A stretch of 32,000 nt of DNA from an uncultured Chloroflexia bacterium (GCA_963718915.1 CAVRAI010000001.1:450001-482000); one strand, 5' to 3'; positions 16,545 to 25,715 are shown, counted from the first letter of the stretch. Notes: a model not told the origin generated them from the letters alone. Program-made: numbers and translations.

Positions 16545-17252
16545 ATGACGGGACGGATGATCGAGTTCGATGCCAACGGATCGACCGCGCCGGGCTATCT
16601 GGCGACGCCAGACGGCGTGGATGCCGCCACGGGGTCAGGAGTGGTGGTTCTGCATGCATGGTGGGGACTGACGGAGCCGTTTCGCCAGGCATGCGACCGG
16701 CTCGCGGCGGCGGGGTACATTGCACTCGCCCCCGACCTCTACCATGGCAAAACGACCGCGTCGGTCGAGGAGGCGGAGGCGTTGGCCGGAGCGCTGAACC
16801 AGGAGGAGGAGCGGGTGCGCGGCGACATTCGCGGCGCGCTGCGATACCTGCGCGAAAACGGCGCTACCACCCCGGCGGATGGCCGCGGCGCGGTCGGTGT
16901 GATCGGTTTCTCGCTGGGCGGCGCCTACGCGCTTGATACATCCGTCGCGTTGCCCGAGGAGATCGCCGCCGTCGTCATCTTTTATGCCACCTATACTGGT
17001 CTGGACTATCGCGCCGCACAGGCCGCCTACCTCGGCCACTTTGCCGAGAACGACCCCTTCGAGCCGACGGAGTCGGTTGTAGAACTGGAGCAGGAGCTTC
17101 AAGCGGCGGGCAAACAGGTCAGTTTCTATACCTATCCAGGAACTACGCACTGGTTCTTCGAGCCAAATCGCCCGGATGCCTACGATGCCGCCGCCGCGAC
17201 CCTGGCGTGGGAGCGGACCATCGCCTTTCTGAACGCCGCGTTGCGACGGTAG
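16545..17252 (+). CDS. Dienelactone hydrolase-family alpha/beta hydrolase
   Basis: 235 aa with VVVLHAWWGL, nucleophile elbow GFSLGG and C-terminal THWF. The start ATG at 16545 has an AGGAGGA RBS. The 797-aa track ORF upstream of it is antisense artefact. Confidence 0.85.
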   Translation: MTGRMIEFDANGSTAPGYLATPDGVDAATGSGVVVLHAWWGLTEPFRQACDRLAAAGYIALAPDLYHGKTTASVEEAEALAGALNQEEERVRGDIRGALRYLRENGATTPADGRGAVGVIGFSLGGAYALDTSVALPEEIAAVVIFYATYTGLDYRAAQAAYLGHFAENDPFEPTESVVELEQELQAAGKQVSFYTYPGTTHWFFEPNRPDAYDAAAATLAWERTIAFLNAALRR

Positions 17253-17280
17253 TAGAGTAGTATCACCTGGAGAGAAGCTT

Positions 17281-17814
17281 ATGGATACCTTGTGGCGCGC
17301 CATCTTGTGGCAGCAGTTCGGCGCGGCCATTGATATGCTCGATAACGCCGTGGTGGCCTGCTCCGATGCCCTTTGGCGCCAGCCCGTCTGGCATGACCCG
17401 TCCGTCCCCTCATGGCGCACGGAGTTCTGGCGTGTCGCCTATCACACGCTCTTCTGGCTCGACCTGTATCTTTACGGCGCTGAGGAGGGATTCGCTCCCC
17501 CTGCGCCCTATATCCTGGCGGAGGATGACGCTGCTGGCGCGCTGCCCCCACAGCCTTTTACGAGGGAAGACATGCGCGCCTACCTCGCCTATACGCGCCA
17601 GAAATGTCACGCCACCATTGAGACGATGACAGATGAGCGGGCGCGCCAGCCCGTCAACTTTGACTGGATGAGGGAGGGCGAGGTCGTCAGCTACGCCGAG
17701 CTACAACTGTATAGCATGCGCCATATCCAGGAACATGCGGCCCAACTGAGCCTGCTGCTCGGGGAGCATGGCGTCCAGGCCGAGCGGATAGACTGGGTGA
17801 CGCGCGCGGGATGA
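17281..17814 (+). CDS. DinB-family (four-helix-bundle) protein
   Basis: 177 aa with a DinB-like pattern (W...AYHTLFWLDLYL ... YSMRHIQEHAAQLS). Confidence 0.7.
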   Translation: MDTLWRAILWQQFGAAIDMLDNAVVACSDALWRQPVWHDPSVPSWRTEFWRVAYHTLFWLDLYLYGAEEGFAPPAPYILAEDDAAGALPPQPFTREDMRAYLAYTRQKCHATIETMTDERARQPVNFDWMREGEVVSYAELQLYSMRHIQEHAAQLSLLLGEHGVQAERIDWVTRAG

Positions 17815-17840
17815 TCCCGGTGTCCCAGGTAGACGCCCGC

Positions 17841-18500
17841 TCAGGCTACGGTGAATGTACTGACAATCTGCTGGGCCAGTTGCTGGCGGGAGAGATTGGG
17901 CATCGTATCGGTCATGCTCATCTGCGCGATGAAGCCGTAGACTGTGTAGAAGAACTGCGCGCCCGCGACGATGGCGAACGTTTGCGCGAATGGTTCCGCG
18001 TCGAACGGTTTGTTGGGATCGCTAGTCGCCGATGGGTTGACCGAAACGGTTGCCGCATCCTGCGCATGCTGAACGCTGAGGGCGCCGAGGGTCACGACCT
18101 CGTACTGGTTGGCCTGAGCCTGTACCCACTGCTGGATAGACTCTCCGTTCCGTGGCGTCGCGGTGACGCTGAACAGGTTGCCGATAATGAGCGTCTGTTG
18201 GCCATTCGGTCCCTGGATCCGCTGGCAGCTATTCTCCGTCCATGTCGCCGGGTAGCTGAAGCTGAGCTGCATCGAGGTATCGCTGAAGAGCCTGGTAGAG
18301 CCAGTCGCTGTACTATCGCACGTAAATGTCGTCAGCGCGGGTGTCGATGTGGCCGTCGCGGGTATCGCCGTAGCGGTGACGGTAGGGGCAAGCGTCGCGG
18401 TATGCGTGGAACTGGCGACGGGTTGGGATGCGCCACATCCCGCCATCAACAAACAGAGAGCAAGGGCGCCTGCCCAGGCTCGATAACGGCGTCTCAGCAT
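17841..18500 (-). CDS. Hypothetical lipoprotein
   Basis: Signal peptide with lipobox (ALALCLLMAGC), a Thr/Ala-rich linker and a GGAGG RBS. No family recognised. Confidence 0.7.
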   Translation of the reverse strand: MLRRRYRAWAGALALCLLMAGCGASQPVASSTHTATLAPTVTATAIPATATSTPALTTFTCDSTATGSTRLFSDTSMQLSFSYPATWTENSCQRIQGPNGQQTLIIGNLFSVTATPRNGESIQQWVQAQANQYEVVTLGALSVQHAQDAATVSVNPSATSDPNKPFDAEPFAQTFAIVAGAQFFYTVYGFIAQMSMTDTMPNLSRQQLAQQIVSTFTVA

Positions 18501-18770
18501 TCAGGTATACCTCCATGACTGCTGGTTGTCACAAACCCTCATAATTTGGGGCATTGTAGCAGGGAAGCGACAAATAGTCAATGGTGTTCGAGCGAGTGCG
18601 CGACTCATCTGCAACCCGCGTCGCGCCAGATCGTAGTTCGTTTGTACCGCGTCCGTCTCCGTTCGGTTGAGTCGCCATAGCCCGTGCATGCGCTGACTCC
18701 CTGCGGCGGGTGAGGGCGCGGTGGCATTGGCGTACCCGGCGTGCGAAGCCGGGAGAAAGGTTGGCAGGGC

Positions 18771-19925
18771 ATGCCAGATGATCTTTCCAGTGTGGCCGCG
18801 GGGCAAGAGAGCGGCGCGGTCGCAACAGCGGTGCGGGCGTTGATCGAAGGAGTGCGCGCGGGCGAGGCGCTACGCGCGGGCGGGCTGACGCTCATTCCGC
18901 TGCTGCCCGCGACAGAGCAGGTGACGCGGCAGAGCGGCTATCTGCCCCTGGAGGAGGCGCTGCGGCTCGGTCTGGTGACCGTGACCGAGCAGGCGCAGGC
19001 GACGGTTCCGGAATTGGTCGCAACCAGCACGGCAGAGACGCCCGTGGTGCTGGTGGGCGGCGAGCAGGTGATCGGCGGGTTACAGAATCGCGTGCTGAAT
19101 ACAACCATCCTGGTCGCGGCGCATGTGACGCAATCGATTCCGGTGACGTGTGTGGAGGCGGGGCGCTGGCACGATGCGGGCGCGTATGCCAGCTATGCGG
19201 GCGATGCGGGCGATCCCGACAATAGCGACACTATCGCGCAAGGCCCAGCGCCCAGGCGGCAGACCGCGGCGCGCACGTTCACCTCAGAGGAGGCGGGCTA
19301 TGCGTCACTGCGCAGGATGCACTCCAAAGCGGTGACGGCGTCGCTCTCCTCGGGCCGCGGCCATCGGTCGGATCAGGGCGCGGTCTGGAACGAGGTCTCC
19401 GCGCGGATGATGTCCACCAGCTCGTACTCGCCGTCGAGCGCGATGGATACCCTGTATAAGACACCGGAGCGAGCCAGCAAACTGGCGGAGACGATGGGCG
19501 CGCTGAAGCGTCCAGAGGGCGCGCTGGGTTTCGTCGCCGTTGTGGGCGCCAATGTGCTGGGCGCGGAAATCTTCACCGATGAGGCTCTGGCCGCCGCCTA
19601 CTGGGAGAAGCTGGCGCGCAGCTACGCCGTCGAGGCGCTGGACACGGAACCCGGTGGCGACGGTACGAGCGAGACGGGCAACGACGCGATCAACATCGGC
19701 GAGGGGCGGTTGCTGGCCGACGCGCTGGCGGCTGATATCCAGGTGCATCCGTCGCCGGGCCTGGGTGCGGACGCGCGGCTGGTCGGCAGCCATGTCTCGG
19801 GCGCGGGGCTGGTCTATGATGGCGCGGTGGTGCATCTCTCGCTCTTCCCCGAAGATGAGGCGAGCGCCGAAAGCGGAGACGAGCAACCGACGCAGGCACA
19901 GCGCCACTACGGAGGACATCGCTAG
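18771..19925 (+). CDS. DUF6569 / ARPP-1-like protein of unknown function
   Basis: N-terminal half (LTLIPLL...YLPLEEAL..GLVTVTE...VPELVATS...PVVLVGGEQVIGGLQNRVLNTTILV...IPVTCVEAGRW) matches my memory of the DUF6569 family. The ATG at 18771 is preferred over the GTG at 18741. Confidence 0.65.
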   Translation: MPDDLSSVAAGQESGAVATAVRALIEGVRAGEALRAGGLTLIPLLPATEQVTRQSGYLPLEEALRLGLVTVTEQAQATVPELVATSTAETPVVLVGGEQVIGGLQNRVLNTTILVAAHVTQSIPVTCVEAGRWHDAGAYASYAGDAGDPDNSDTIAQGPAPRRQTAARTFTSEEAGYASLRRMHSKAVTASLSSGRGHRSDQGAVWNEVSARMMSTSSYSPSSAMDTLYKTPERASKLAETMGALKRPEGALGFVAVVGANVLGAEIFTDEALAAAYWEKLARSYAVEALDTEPGGDGTSETGNDAINIGEGRLLADALAADIQVHPSPGLGADARLVGSHVSGAGLVYDGAVVHLSLFPEDEASAESGDEQPTQAQRHYGGHR

Positions 19926-20036
19926 CCAGATGAGCCAATCCTGATTACTGTAAGCGTTGTATGCGCTACAAAGCCGGGAGCATGGGGCGTTCGCTGCGCG
20001 CTATGTCCCCGGCATTCTTGCGGGCTGAACACGAAA

Positions 20037-20072
20037 TGGACAGGCAATGGGCTATAGTTTATAGTGGACAGG
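20037..20072 (+). promoter_or_regulatory. Candidate autoregulated TA promoter: two TGGACAGG direct repeats flanking a TATAGT -10-like hexamer
   Basis: TGGACAGG is at 20037-20044 and 20065-20072, with TATAGT at 20053-20058. The second repeat ends 29 nt upstream of the antitoxin start codon. Confidence 0.35.
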
Positions 20073-20101
20073 AATAGATGAGAGCAATCAGGAGTAAGGT
20101 T

Positions 20102-20374
20102 ATGAGCCATATCTTCACGATCTCTGATGAGCAATTCAAAGTCATCGAAGAAGCCGCACGCGAGCGAGGCCAGCAACCCGAAGAGTTTTTCCGCTCATGG
20201 GTTGAAGCTGTGCGTCGGCGTGTGGAGCAGGAGCAAGTAGATCCAGATCAGGCATGGTTCTGGACGCCGGAATGGCAGGCCAGGGAGCGCGAAGCAGATG
20301 CAGCAATAGATGCTCGTGAAGGGACATTCTTCTCTTCTGAAGAAGCCTTTCTTGCCTCTCTCGATGAGGAATAG
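20102..20374 (+). CDS. Type II antitoxin (partner of a RelE/ParE toxin)
   Basis: 90 aa with an AGGAG RBS. The C-terminal WFWTPEWQAREREADAAIDAREGTFFSSEEAFLASLD motif is one I recall from antitoxins paired with RelE/ParE toxins. Confidence 0.7.
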   Translation: MSHIFTISDEQFKVIEEAARERGQQPEEFFRSWVEAVRRRVEQEQVDPDQAWFWTPEWQAREREADAAIDAREGTFFSSEEAFLASLDEE

Positions 20375-20382
20375 GCGCCTTC

Positions 20383-20676
20383 GTGCCTACAATCTTTCGT
20401 ACTGATCCCTTTCTACGTGACTGGAACGGTCTGACATCTGACCAGAAAGTGCGTTTCAAGGTTGCGGTGCGCCAGATGATAGATGACTTGCGCGCACATC
20501 GCGGTTTCAGGCCAGGTCTACGCATCAAACGTGTGCGGAAGACGACTGGTATCTTTGAGATGACTTGGGCGCCCGATGGCCGTGCGACATTCGAGTATGG
20601 AGCAGAGGTTCACCTGGGCGAGCCGCATATCATTTGGCGTCGCATTGGCGCTCATGATATTTTCCACAATCCCTAA
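20383..20676 (+). CDS. RelE/ParE-superfamily toxin
   Basis: 97 aa with the pattern GIFEMTWAPDGRATFEYG...IIWRRIGAHDIF. It starts 8 nt after the antitoxin stop. Confidence 0.75.
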   Translation: MPTIFRTDPFLRDWNGLTSDQKVRFKVAVRQMIDDLRAHRGFRPGLRIKRVRKTTGIFEMTWAPDGRATFEYGAEVHLGEPHIIWRRIGAHDIFHNP

Positions 20677-20930
20677 CAGCCCCATTGTTAGCAATCGTTC
20701 GCCCAACAAAAGCATCCCCTCTCCGAGCAATTCGAGGAGGCGCCAGCGCGATCTGGGGGTGCCGACGTCTTCTTCGTACAGGGCAATGAACTCGGACGGT
20801 GATACTTGGAGTCCACACCACCCCGGTGATCTTCCCGCAACCGGTCGTCGCGTCCATATGCGACATCTCACAAACGCCTCACGACTCGGGCACGCTGGGC
20901 GCTACTGGCACTTGCCTCGTGCATAACGCT

Positions 20931-21440
20931 CTACAGTGTGTTATTTGCGTCGCTTAGACGGAGGATCTCGTCAACGACGCGCGCGAGCGGTGCGGTGGCG
21001 TCGATGATCACACCGTTTTTCGGAATGTCTTCTTTCGTTTGATGCAAGCGCGCAATGAGTTCCCGTTCCGCTGGTTTTGCGCCCCAGTCAGTTGGGTCCA
21101 ACGCCACGCGCTCATCAATCCGCCGGAGACAGGTGTCCAGGTCGACCTCAAGGACAAACACGCCGTCAAATAACTCGGTGAATTTTTCAAAATTCCTCGA
21201 ACCACCGCAGAAAAAGGTGACCGCCTCATCCTGGTTGGCGACGAAGGCGTTGACTTTCTCTACATCCCAAAATGGGCTGTGCGCACGGTCATCCGTCGGT
21301 GTACCAGTTTCCGGATCGCCTTGATACCTCAATTCCCGGTCACCATGAATGGCCTGGTAGCCGCGCCGCTGCAATTCTGTGCAGACCGTCGTTTTGCCGG
21401 CGCCGGAAACGCCTTCAATCAGATAATTTCTTCTGCCCAT
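20931..21440 (-). CDS. Small P-loop NTPase / nucleoside-nucleotide kinase-like protein
   Basis: Walker A motif GVSGAGKTT near the N-terminus, 169 aa counted from the ATG at 21440. The 38 upstream codons of the track ORF look non-coding. Confidence 0.75.
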   Translation of the reverse strand: MGRRNYLIEGVSGAGKTTVCTELQRRGYQAIHGDRELRYQGDPETGTPTDDRAHSPFWDVEKVNAFVANQDEAVTFFCGGSRNFEKFTELFDGVFVLEVDLDTCLRRIDERVALDPTDWGAKPAERELIARLHQTKEDIPKNGVIIDATAPLARVVDEILRLSDANNTL

Positions 21441-21454
21441 GGCTAAGATGATAT

Positions 21455-21487
21455 AAACAACTAGATGATACAAACAACTAGATGACA
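21455..21487. repeat. 17-bp tandem direct repeat (AAACAACTAGATGAYA x2, plus a partial third unit) immediately upstream of the kinase start
   Basis: On the minus strand it reads TGTCATCTAGTTGTTTG-TATCATCTAGTTGTTTA-TATCATCTTAGCC-ATG. Confidence 0.7.
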
Positions 21488-21592
21488 CTAATTTCGCCTT
21501 GGCCCTTGTCGTTTCGTGTTTTATGGCCCTAGCAAGACTTGGTATGAGAAGCATTTTTTCGATGCTCTCGGATAATATTCGGATAAACTGGC

Positions 21593-21636
21593 GCCAACAA
21601 AAACATCCCCTCCCCGAGCGATGCGAGGAGGGGATG
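21593..21636 (-). terminator. Rho-independent terminator of the ABC-transporter operon
   Basis: On the minus strand, the stem CATCCCCTCC...GGAGGGGATG is followed by TTTTTGTTGG, 30 nt after the substrate-binding-protein stop. Confidence 0.7.
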
Positions 21637-21665
21637 CGTGTTGATGATCGCGGATTGCGGCCACC

Positions 21666-22586
21666 CTACTTCGGTAGCAGACCCTGCGACTGGAGCCAGG
21701 TCTTGGCCACCGCGAGCGGCTGCTGGTGATCCACGCTGACCTGCTTGATGAGCTTCACGATCTCATCGGTCGTCAGCTTGGAGGCCAGCGGATTCAGCGT
21801 CGCCTTGATGGCAGGCGACTTCGAGAGCAACTCGTCGCGCACGACCGGCGCCGGATTATAGACCGGGAAGACGTTCTTCGTATCCTTGAGGACGACGAAG
21901 TTGTTGGTGACAATGTTCGGGTCGGTCGTGTAGCAGACGTTCAGGTCGGCGTCACCCTTAGTGACCGCGCCGAAGGAAAGCTGCTCGCTGATCTTGACGA
22001 CACTCTTGAAGGTAATGTTATAGCCCTGCTCAACAGGCTTCTCGGCGGCGGCGACACCGTCGTCCTGCGTCGCCAGCACCAGTTTGCCTGACTGTGCGAC
22101 GAGATCATCCAGCGACGAGAGATGATACTTGGTAGCGTTCGCCTGCGAGGTGCAGATGCCATAGCTGTCGTTTAGCCCGTAGGCGGCATCCAGCCAGGTG
22201 AGCTTGAAGGTGCTCTCGTAATAGCTGGCAACCGACTGATACGCCTGTTGTGGATTTGACGTCTGCGGGAGGTTGTAGACAGTGAGCGATGTGCCCGTGA
22301 ACTCCGGATAGATGTCAATCTGGCCGCTCTTGATGGCGGCGTCCAGCACTGGCGTCTGGCCGAGCGGAATCTTCTGGGTAACGGTATAGCCCGCGTTTTC
22401 GAGCAGAAGCGCGTACATCGAGCCGAGAAGCTGACTGTCGGCGTCGATCTTGCTGCCGACGGTCACTTTCACGCCGCTTCCCGGCTTACCACTGGTGCTG
22501 GAGCTTGTGCCACAGCCCGCGATGGCCACCAGGGCCACCAGCAGCAGGGCGCCAAACGCCCTGTAGTACCTGCGTGTAAACGTCAC
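21666..22586 (-). CDS. Glycine betaine/choline/carnitine-type ABC transporter substrate-binding lipoprotein (OpuAC-fold)
   Basis: 306 aa with lipobox LVAIAGC. OpuC/OsmX-like sequence (IDIYPEFTGT, YGLNDSYG, LVLATQDDG). Confidence 0.85.
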   Translation of the reverse strand: MTFTRRYYRAFGALLLVALVAIAGCGTSSSTSGKPGSGVKVTVGSKIDADSQLLGSMYALLLENAGYTVTQKIPLGQTPVLDAAIKSGQIDIYPEFTGTSLTVYNLPQTSNPQQAYQSVASYYESTFKLTWLDAAYGLNDSYGICTSQANATKYHLSSLDDLVAQSGKLVLATQDDGVAAAEKPVEQGYNITFKSVVKISEQLSFGAVTKGDADLNVCYTTDPNIVTNNFVVLKDTKNVFPVYNPAPVVRDELLSKSPAIKATLNPLASKLTTDEIVKLIKQVSVDHQQPLAVAKTWLQSQGLLPK

Positions 22587-22808
22587 GAGTCTTCTCCTTC
22601 AGAATACTCACTATCGCGGCATCATCCAATGAGATGCCATCATCGAGTCGGATGCAGAAACTCTTCTGTTCGCGCATCCTGAAAAGGGAAAGCAATCTGT
22701 CACGCTCATGTGCGCTTCCCCCTTCTCTTTATCCATACCCGCTCTTTGTCTCAATGGTTTCAGCAATGCGAAGAGACAGAGCGGTGAGCGTGCACTCTCA
22801 AGACGGCT

Positions 22809-23516
22809 CTACGCCGCCAGCTTTTCGGACGATTTTTCGCCCGCGCGGATTCCGGCGGGAGTCAGGGCGCGCTGCAGCAGCGCGAACAACGCTTCCGAGA
22901 GCAGCGCCAGCGCGATAATTCCCAGTGCGCCGGCTGTCGCCTGCACGTAATCCAGAATGTACACGCCGGCCAGAATGTATTCGCCCAGTCCGCCCGCGCC
23001 GATGAGCGCCGCGATGGGCGTCGTCGCGACGATCTGGATGGCCGCGATGCGCACGCCCGCCGCGATGACCGGCAGCACCAGCGGGATCTCCACTCGCCCC
23101 AGAATCTGCAGGCGTGTCATCCCCATGCCCCGCGCGGCGTCAATCGACGCGGGATCGATCCCTTGCAATCCGGCGATGGTATTGAGCAGGATCGGCGGGA
23201 TGCCGAGCAGCGTCAGCGCGATGATCGACGGCGTGAAGCCGATGCCGACGATTGGAACCATGATCGCCAGGAAGACCAGCGAGGGGATCGCCCGCGCCAG
23301 CCCGCTCAGATTCGCGCTGAGGAACGCCGCGAGGGGCCGTCGCGCCGTCAGTATCCCCAATGGCAGCGCGATCACGAACGCCAGCACGATAGGGTAGACG
23401 CTGAGCTGGATTGTCGTCCACAGTTGCGCGCCATAGGCGTTCGCCGGGTCGCGAATGAAGGCCCAGACCTCACCGAGAAAGTTGGCGGGCGCCGCGAGGG
23501 CAGCATCGAAGAACAT
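22809..23516 (-). CDS. ABC transporter permease (OpuCB/CD-like)
   Basis: 235 aa, multi-TM, with an EAA-type loop (IDAARGMGMTRLQILGRVEIPL). Confidence 0.9.
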   Translation of the reverse strand: MFFDAALAAPANFLGEVWAFIRDPANAYGAQLWTTIQLSVYPIVLAFVIALPLGILTARRPLAAFLSANLSGLARAIPSLVFLAIMVPIVGIGFTPSIIALTLLGIPPILLNTIAGLQGIDPASIDAARGMGMTRLQILGRVEIPLVLPVIAAGVRIAAIQIVATTPIAALIGAGGLGEYILAGVYILDYVQATAGALGIIALALLSEALFALLQRALTPAGIRAGEKSSEKLAA

Positions 23517-23530
23517 AGGTCAGCCTCCGT

Positions 23531-24193
23531 TCAGCCCGCGCTCGCAAGCGTCGTGGCCTGCCCGCGTCCCAGCAATCGCTGCACGCCGAGCAGCAGCAGA
23601 TCGGCGCCGACCGCCAGCGCGGTAATCAGGATGGCCCCCGCGACGATTTCATCGTTATAGGCGAAGGTCTGCCCCTGAAATACCAGCGTACCCAGCGACG
23701 GAACACCCACCACGAATGAGATCGAGGCAATGCCAATGGTCGTGACCACCACCACGCGGACGCCCGCGATGATGACGGGAAGCGCCAGCGGCAGCACCAC
23801 CTTCGTCTGAATCTGGGCGGCGTTCATGCCCATTGCCCGACCCACCTCGACCAGCGCCGGGTCTACCGCGCGGATGGCCGCGACGATGTTGCGGATCAGC
23901 ACAATCTGCGTGTAGGCAACCAGCGGGATGATGACGGTAGGCGCCTCCAGCCCGGTAATCGGGATGAGCAGCACCATCGCCGCGATGCTGGGGATGGTAT
24001 AGAGAATGCTGGCGGTGAGCGTGACCGGCGCATAGAGCGGACGCACACGCGCCACCAGCAGCGCGATGGGAAACGCGATCAGCAGCCCCAGCGCCACGCT
24101 GATAAGCGTCAGCGAGACATGGTCAAAGAACAGGTTAGGAATGCTGTTTGGGATGCTGGGATCCCAGTTGGTTGGATCGAGCAGAAATTGCAT
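23531..24193 (-). CDS. ABC transporter permease (OpuCB/CD-like)
   Basis: 220 aa, multi-TM, with an EAA-type loop (VEVGRAMGMNAAQIQTKVVLPL). Confidence 0.9.
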   Translation of the reverse strand: MQFLLDPTNWDPSIPNSIPNLFFDHVSLTLISVALGLLIAFPIALLVARVRPLYAPVTLTASILYTIPSIAAMVLLIPITGLEAPTVIIPLVAYTQIVLIRNIVAAIRAVDPALVEVGRAMGMNAAQIQTKVVLPLALPVIIAGVRVVVVTTIGIASISFVVGVPSLGTLVFQGQTFAYNDEIVAGAILITALAVGADLLLLGVQRLLGRGQATTLASAG

Positions 24194-24222
24194 ACACGCT
24201 ACCCTCTTGCCGGGGATGGCCC

Positions 24223-25224
24223 CTATCCCTGTTTCCCCGCCGCAGTTCCCGCCGCCATGCTCTCCGACGGCGAACGGACCGCGCGGTAGATGCCGTTCAG
24301 AGATACCTGGCCCACAGTCGCGCCGTGATCGATCACGAGAGCCTTATCCGCATTGGTCTTGAGCAGCAGCAGCAGCGCTGTGAGCAGCGTGGAATCCGTG
24401 GGTAGTGTCTCGCCACTCAGCGGGAACGCGCCCTCGCCGTCCTGTGGTTCCAGCGCGGCGGTCACCGGCAGGTATTCCAGCTGGCGCAGCGTGCTATCGG
24501 CGCCGACCAGTTGCCGCACGAAGTCATCGGCGGGATGCGAGATCAGATCGACGGGCGTGCCGACCTGCACCAGCTTGCCGTCGTGCATCACCACCACCTG
24601 GTCGCCCAGGCGGAAGGCCTCGGAAACATCATGCGAGACGAAGAGGACGGTCTTGCGCAGCTCGCGCTGAATGCGCAGCAACTCGTCCTGCAAGCGCTCG
24701 CGGGTGATGGCGTCCAGCGCGCCGAACGGCTCATCCATCAGCAGAATGTCGGGATCAGCCGCCAGCGCCCGCGCCAGGCCGACACGCTGCTGCTGGCCGC
24801 CGGAAAGCTGGCGTGGATAGCGCGCGCGGTATTCGTCGGGTTCGAGTCCGACGAGGGTGAGCAGCTCATCCACCCGTCCGCGCATCTCGCGCGCCGACTT
24901 GCCGAGGATCGAGGGCACGACGCGCACATTCTCCTCGACGGTCATATGCGGGAAAAGCCCCACCTGCTGAATGACGTAGCCGATGCCCCGACGCAGCGCG
25001 ATGGGATCCTGGGTCGTGGTGGGCACGCCGTTGATGAGGATCTGGCCCGCGGTGGGATCGATCAGCCGGTTGACCATCCGCAGCAGCGTGGTCTTGCCGG
25101 AGCCGCTGGTGCCGACGAGCATGCATAGCGCGCCTTCGGGTACGGTGAAGCTGACATCATCTACGGCTGGTGTGGCCGCGTCGGGATATATCCTGGTCAC
25201 ATGCTGAAATTCTATCGTTGCCAT
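24223..25224 (-). CDS. ABC transporter ATP-binding protein (osmoprotectant-type, short C-terminal regulatory domain)
   Basis: Walker A GTSGSGKTT, signature LSGGQQQRV, Walker B ILLMDEPFGALD and H-loop SHD. Confidence 0.95.
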   Translation of the reverse strand: MATIEFQHVTRIYPDAATPAVDDVSFTVPEGALCMLVGTSGSGKTTLLRMVNRLIDPTAGQILINGVPTTTQDPIALRRGIGYVIQQVGLFPHMTVEENVRVVPSILGKSAREMRGRVDELLTLVGLEPDEYRARYPRQLSGGQQQRVGLARALAADPDILLMDEPFGALDAITRERLQDELLRIQRELRKTVLFVSHDVSEAFRLGDQVVVMHDGKLVQVGTPVDLISHPADDFVRQLVGADSTLRQLEYLPVTAALEPQDGEGAFPLSGETLPTDSTLLTALLLLLKTNADKALVIDHGATVGQVSLNGIYRAVRSPSESMAAGTAAGKQG

Positions 25225-25502
25225 GCTGGCGCCTTCCCCTTGCGCCCACGCTCCCGTCGCGCGGCGCGGTCGGATTGTAACAGAAACGAGCGAACTAGAA
25301 CAAGTTAGAACAAAACGCCGTCCTATGCGGCATTTGCATCAAGATGCTTGCCACGATGCTTGCCAGTGAGATGCCTGGCCGGTCGATATTGTTCAGTCCC
25401 GGTTCTCGCTCAATCGTTACACAACAACCAACAACCGGATTGTATGGGCGTGGGTTGCATGTCGTTGGGCAGGAGTATGGGCGCGAAAACGGAAATAGTT
25501 GC

Positions 25503-25532
25503 TTGACGCGCTATTCCGCGGGATGTTATGCT
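25503..25532 (+). promoter_or_regulatory. Candidate promoter for the riboswitch-mtnA transcript (TTGACG-18 nt-TGtTATGCT)
   Basis: -35 TTGACG at 25503-25508 and extended -10 TGTTATGCT at 25524-25532, about 30 nt upstream of the aptamer P1 stem. Confidence 0.5.
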
Positions 25533-25561
25533 CTGCACGGCACATGGCGCATGGCGCGCCA

Positions 25562-25677
25562 GCTCATCCAGACGGGTGGAGGGAACGGCCCTACGACACC
25601 CAGCAACCGGCAGATGATCTAGATTATCTGACGCGGTGCCAACTCCGGCAGGGAGACTAGCTCCCTGAAAGATGAGC
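25562..25677 (+). promoter_or_regulatory. SAM-I (S-box) riboswitch aptamer
   Basis: P1 is GCTCATC...GATGAGC. Conserved cores are GGTGGAGGGAACGGCCCTACGACACCCAGCAACC, GGTGCCAACTCCGGCAG, P4 GGGAG-acuag-CTCCC, and TGAAAGATGAGC. Confidence 0.9.
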
Positions 25678-25715
25678 ATCATTCTCAGCAGACAATATAC
25701 TGTCTGGCGGTTGAT

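Noticed and set aside
20677-20930. Possible gene remnant on the minus strand (…SPSEFIALYEEDVGTPRSRWRLLELLGEG…)
   Set aside because: The ORF overlaps the RelE/ParE gene and part of it is just the translated terminator-like repeat. No family was recognised, so I cannot support a pseudogene call.
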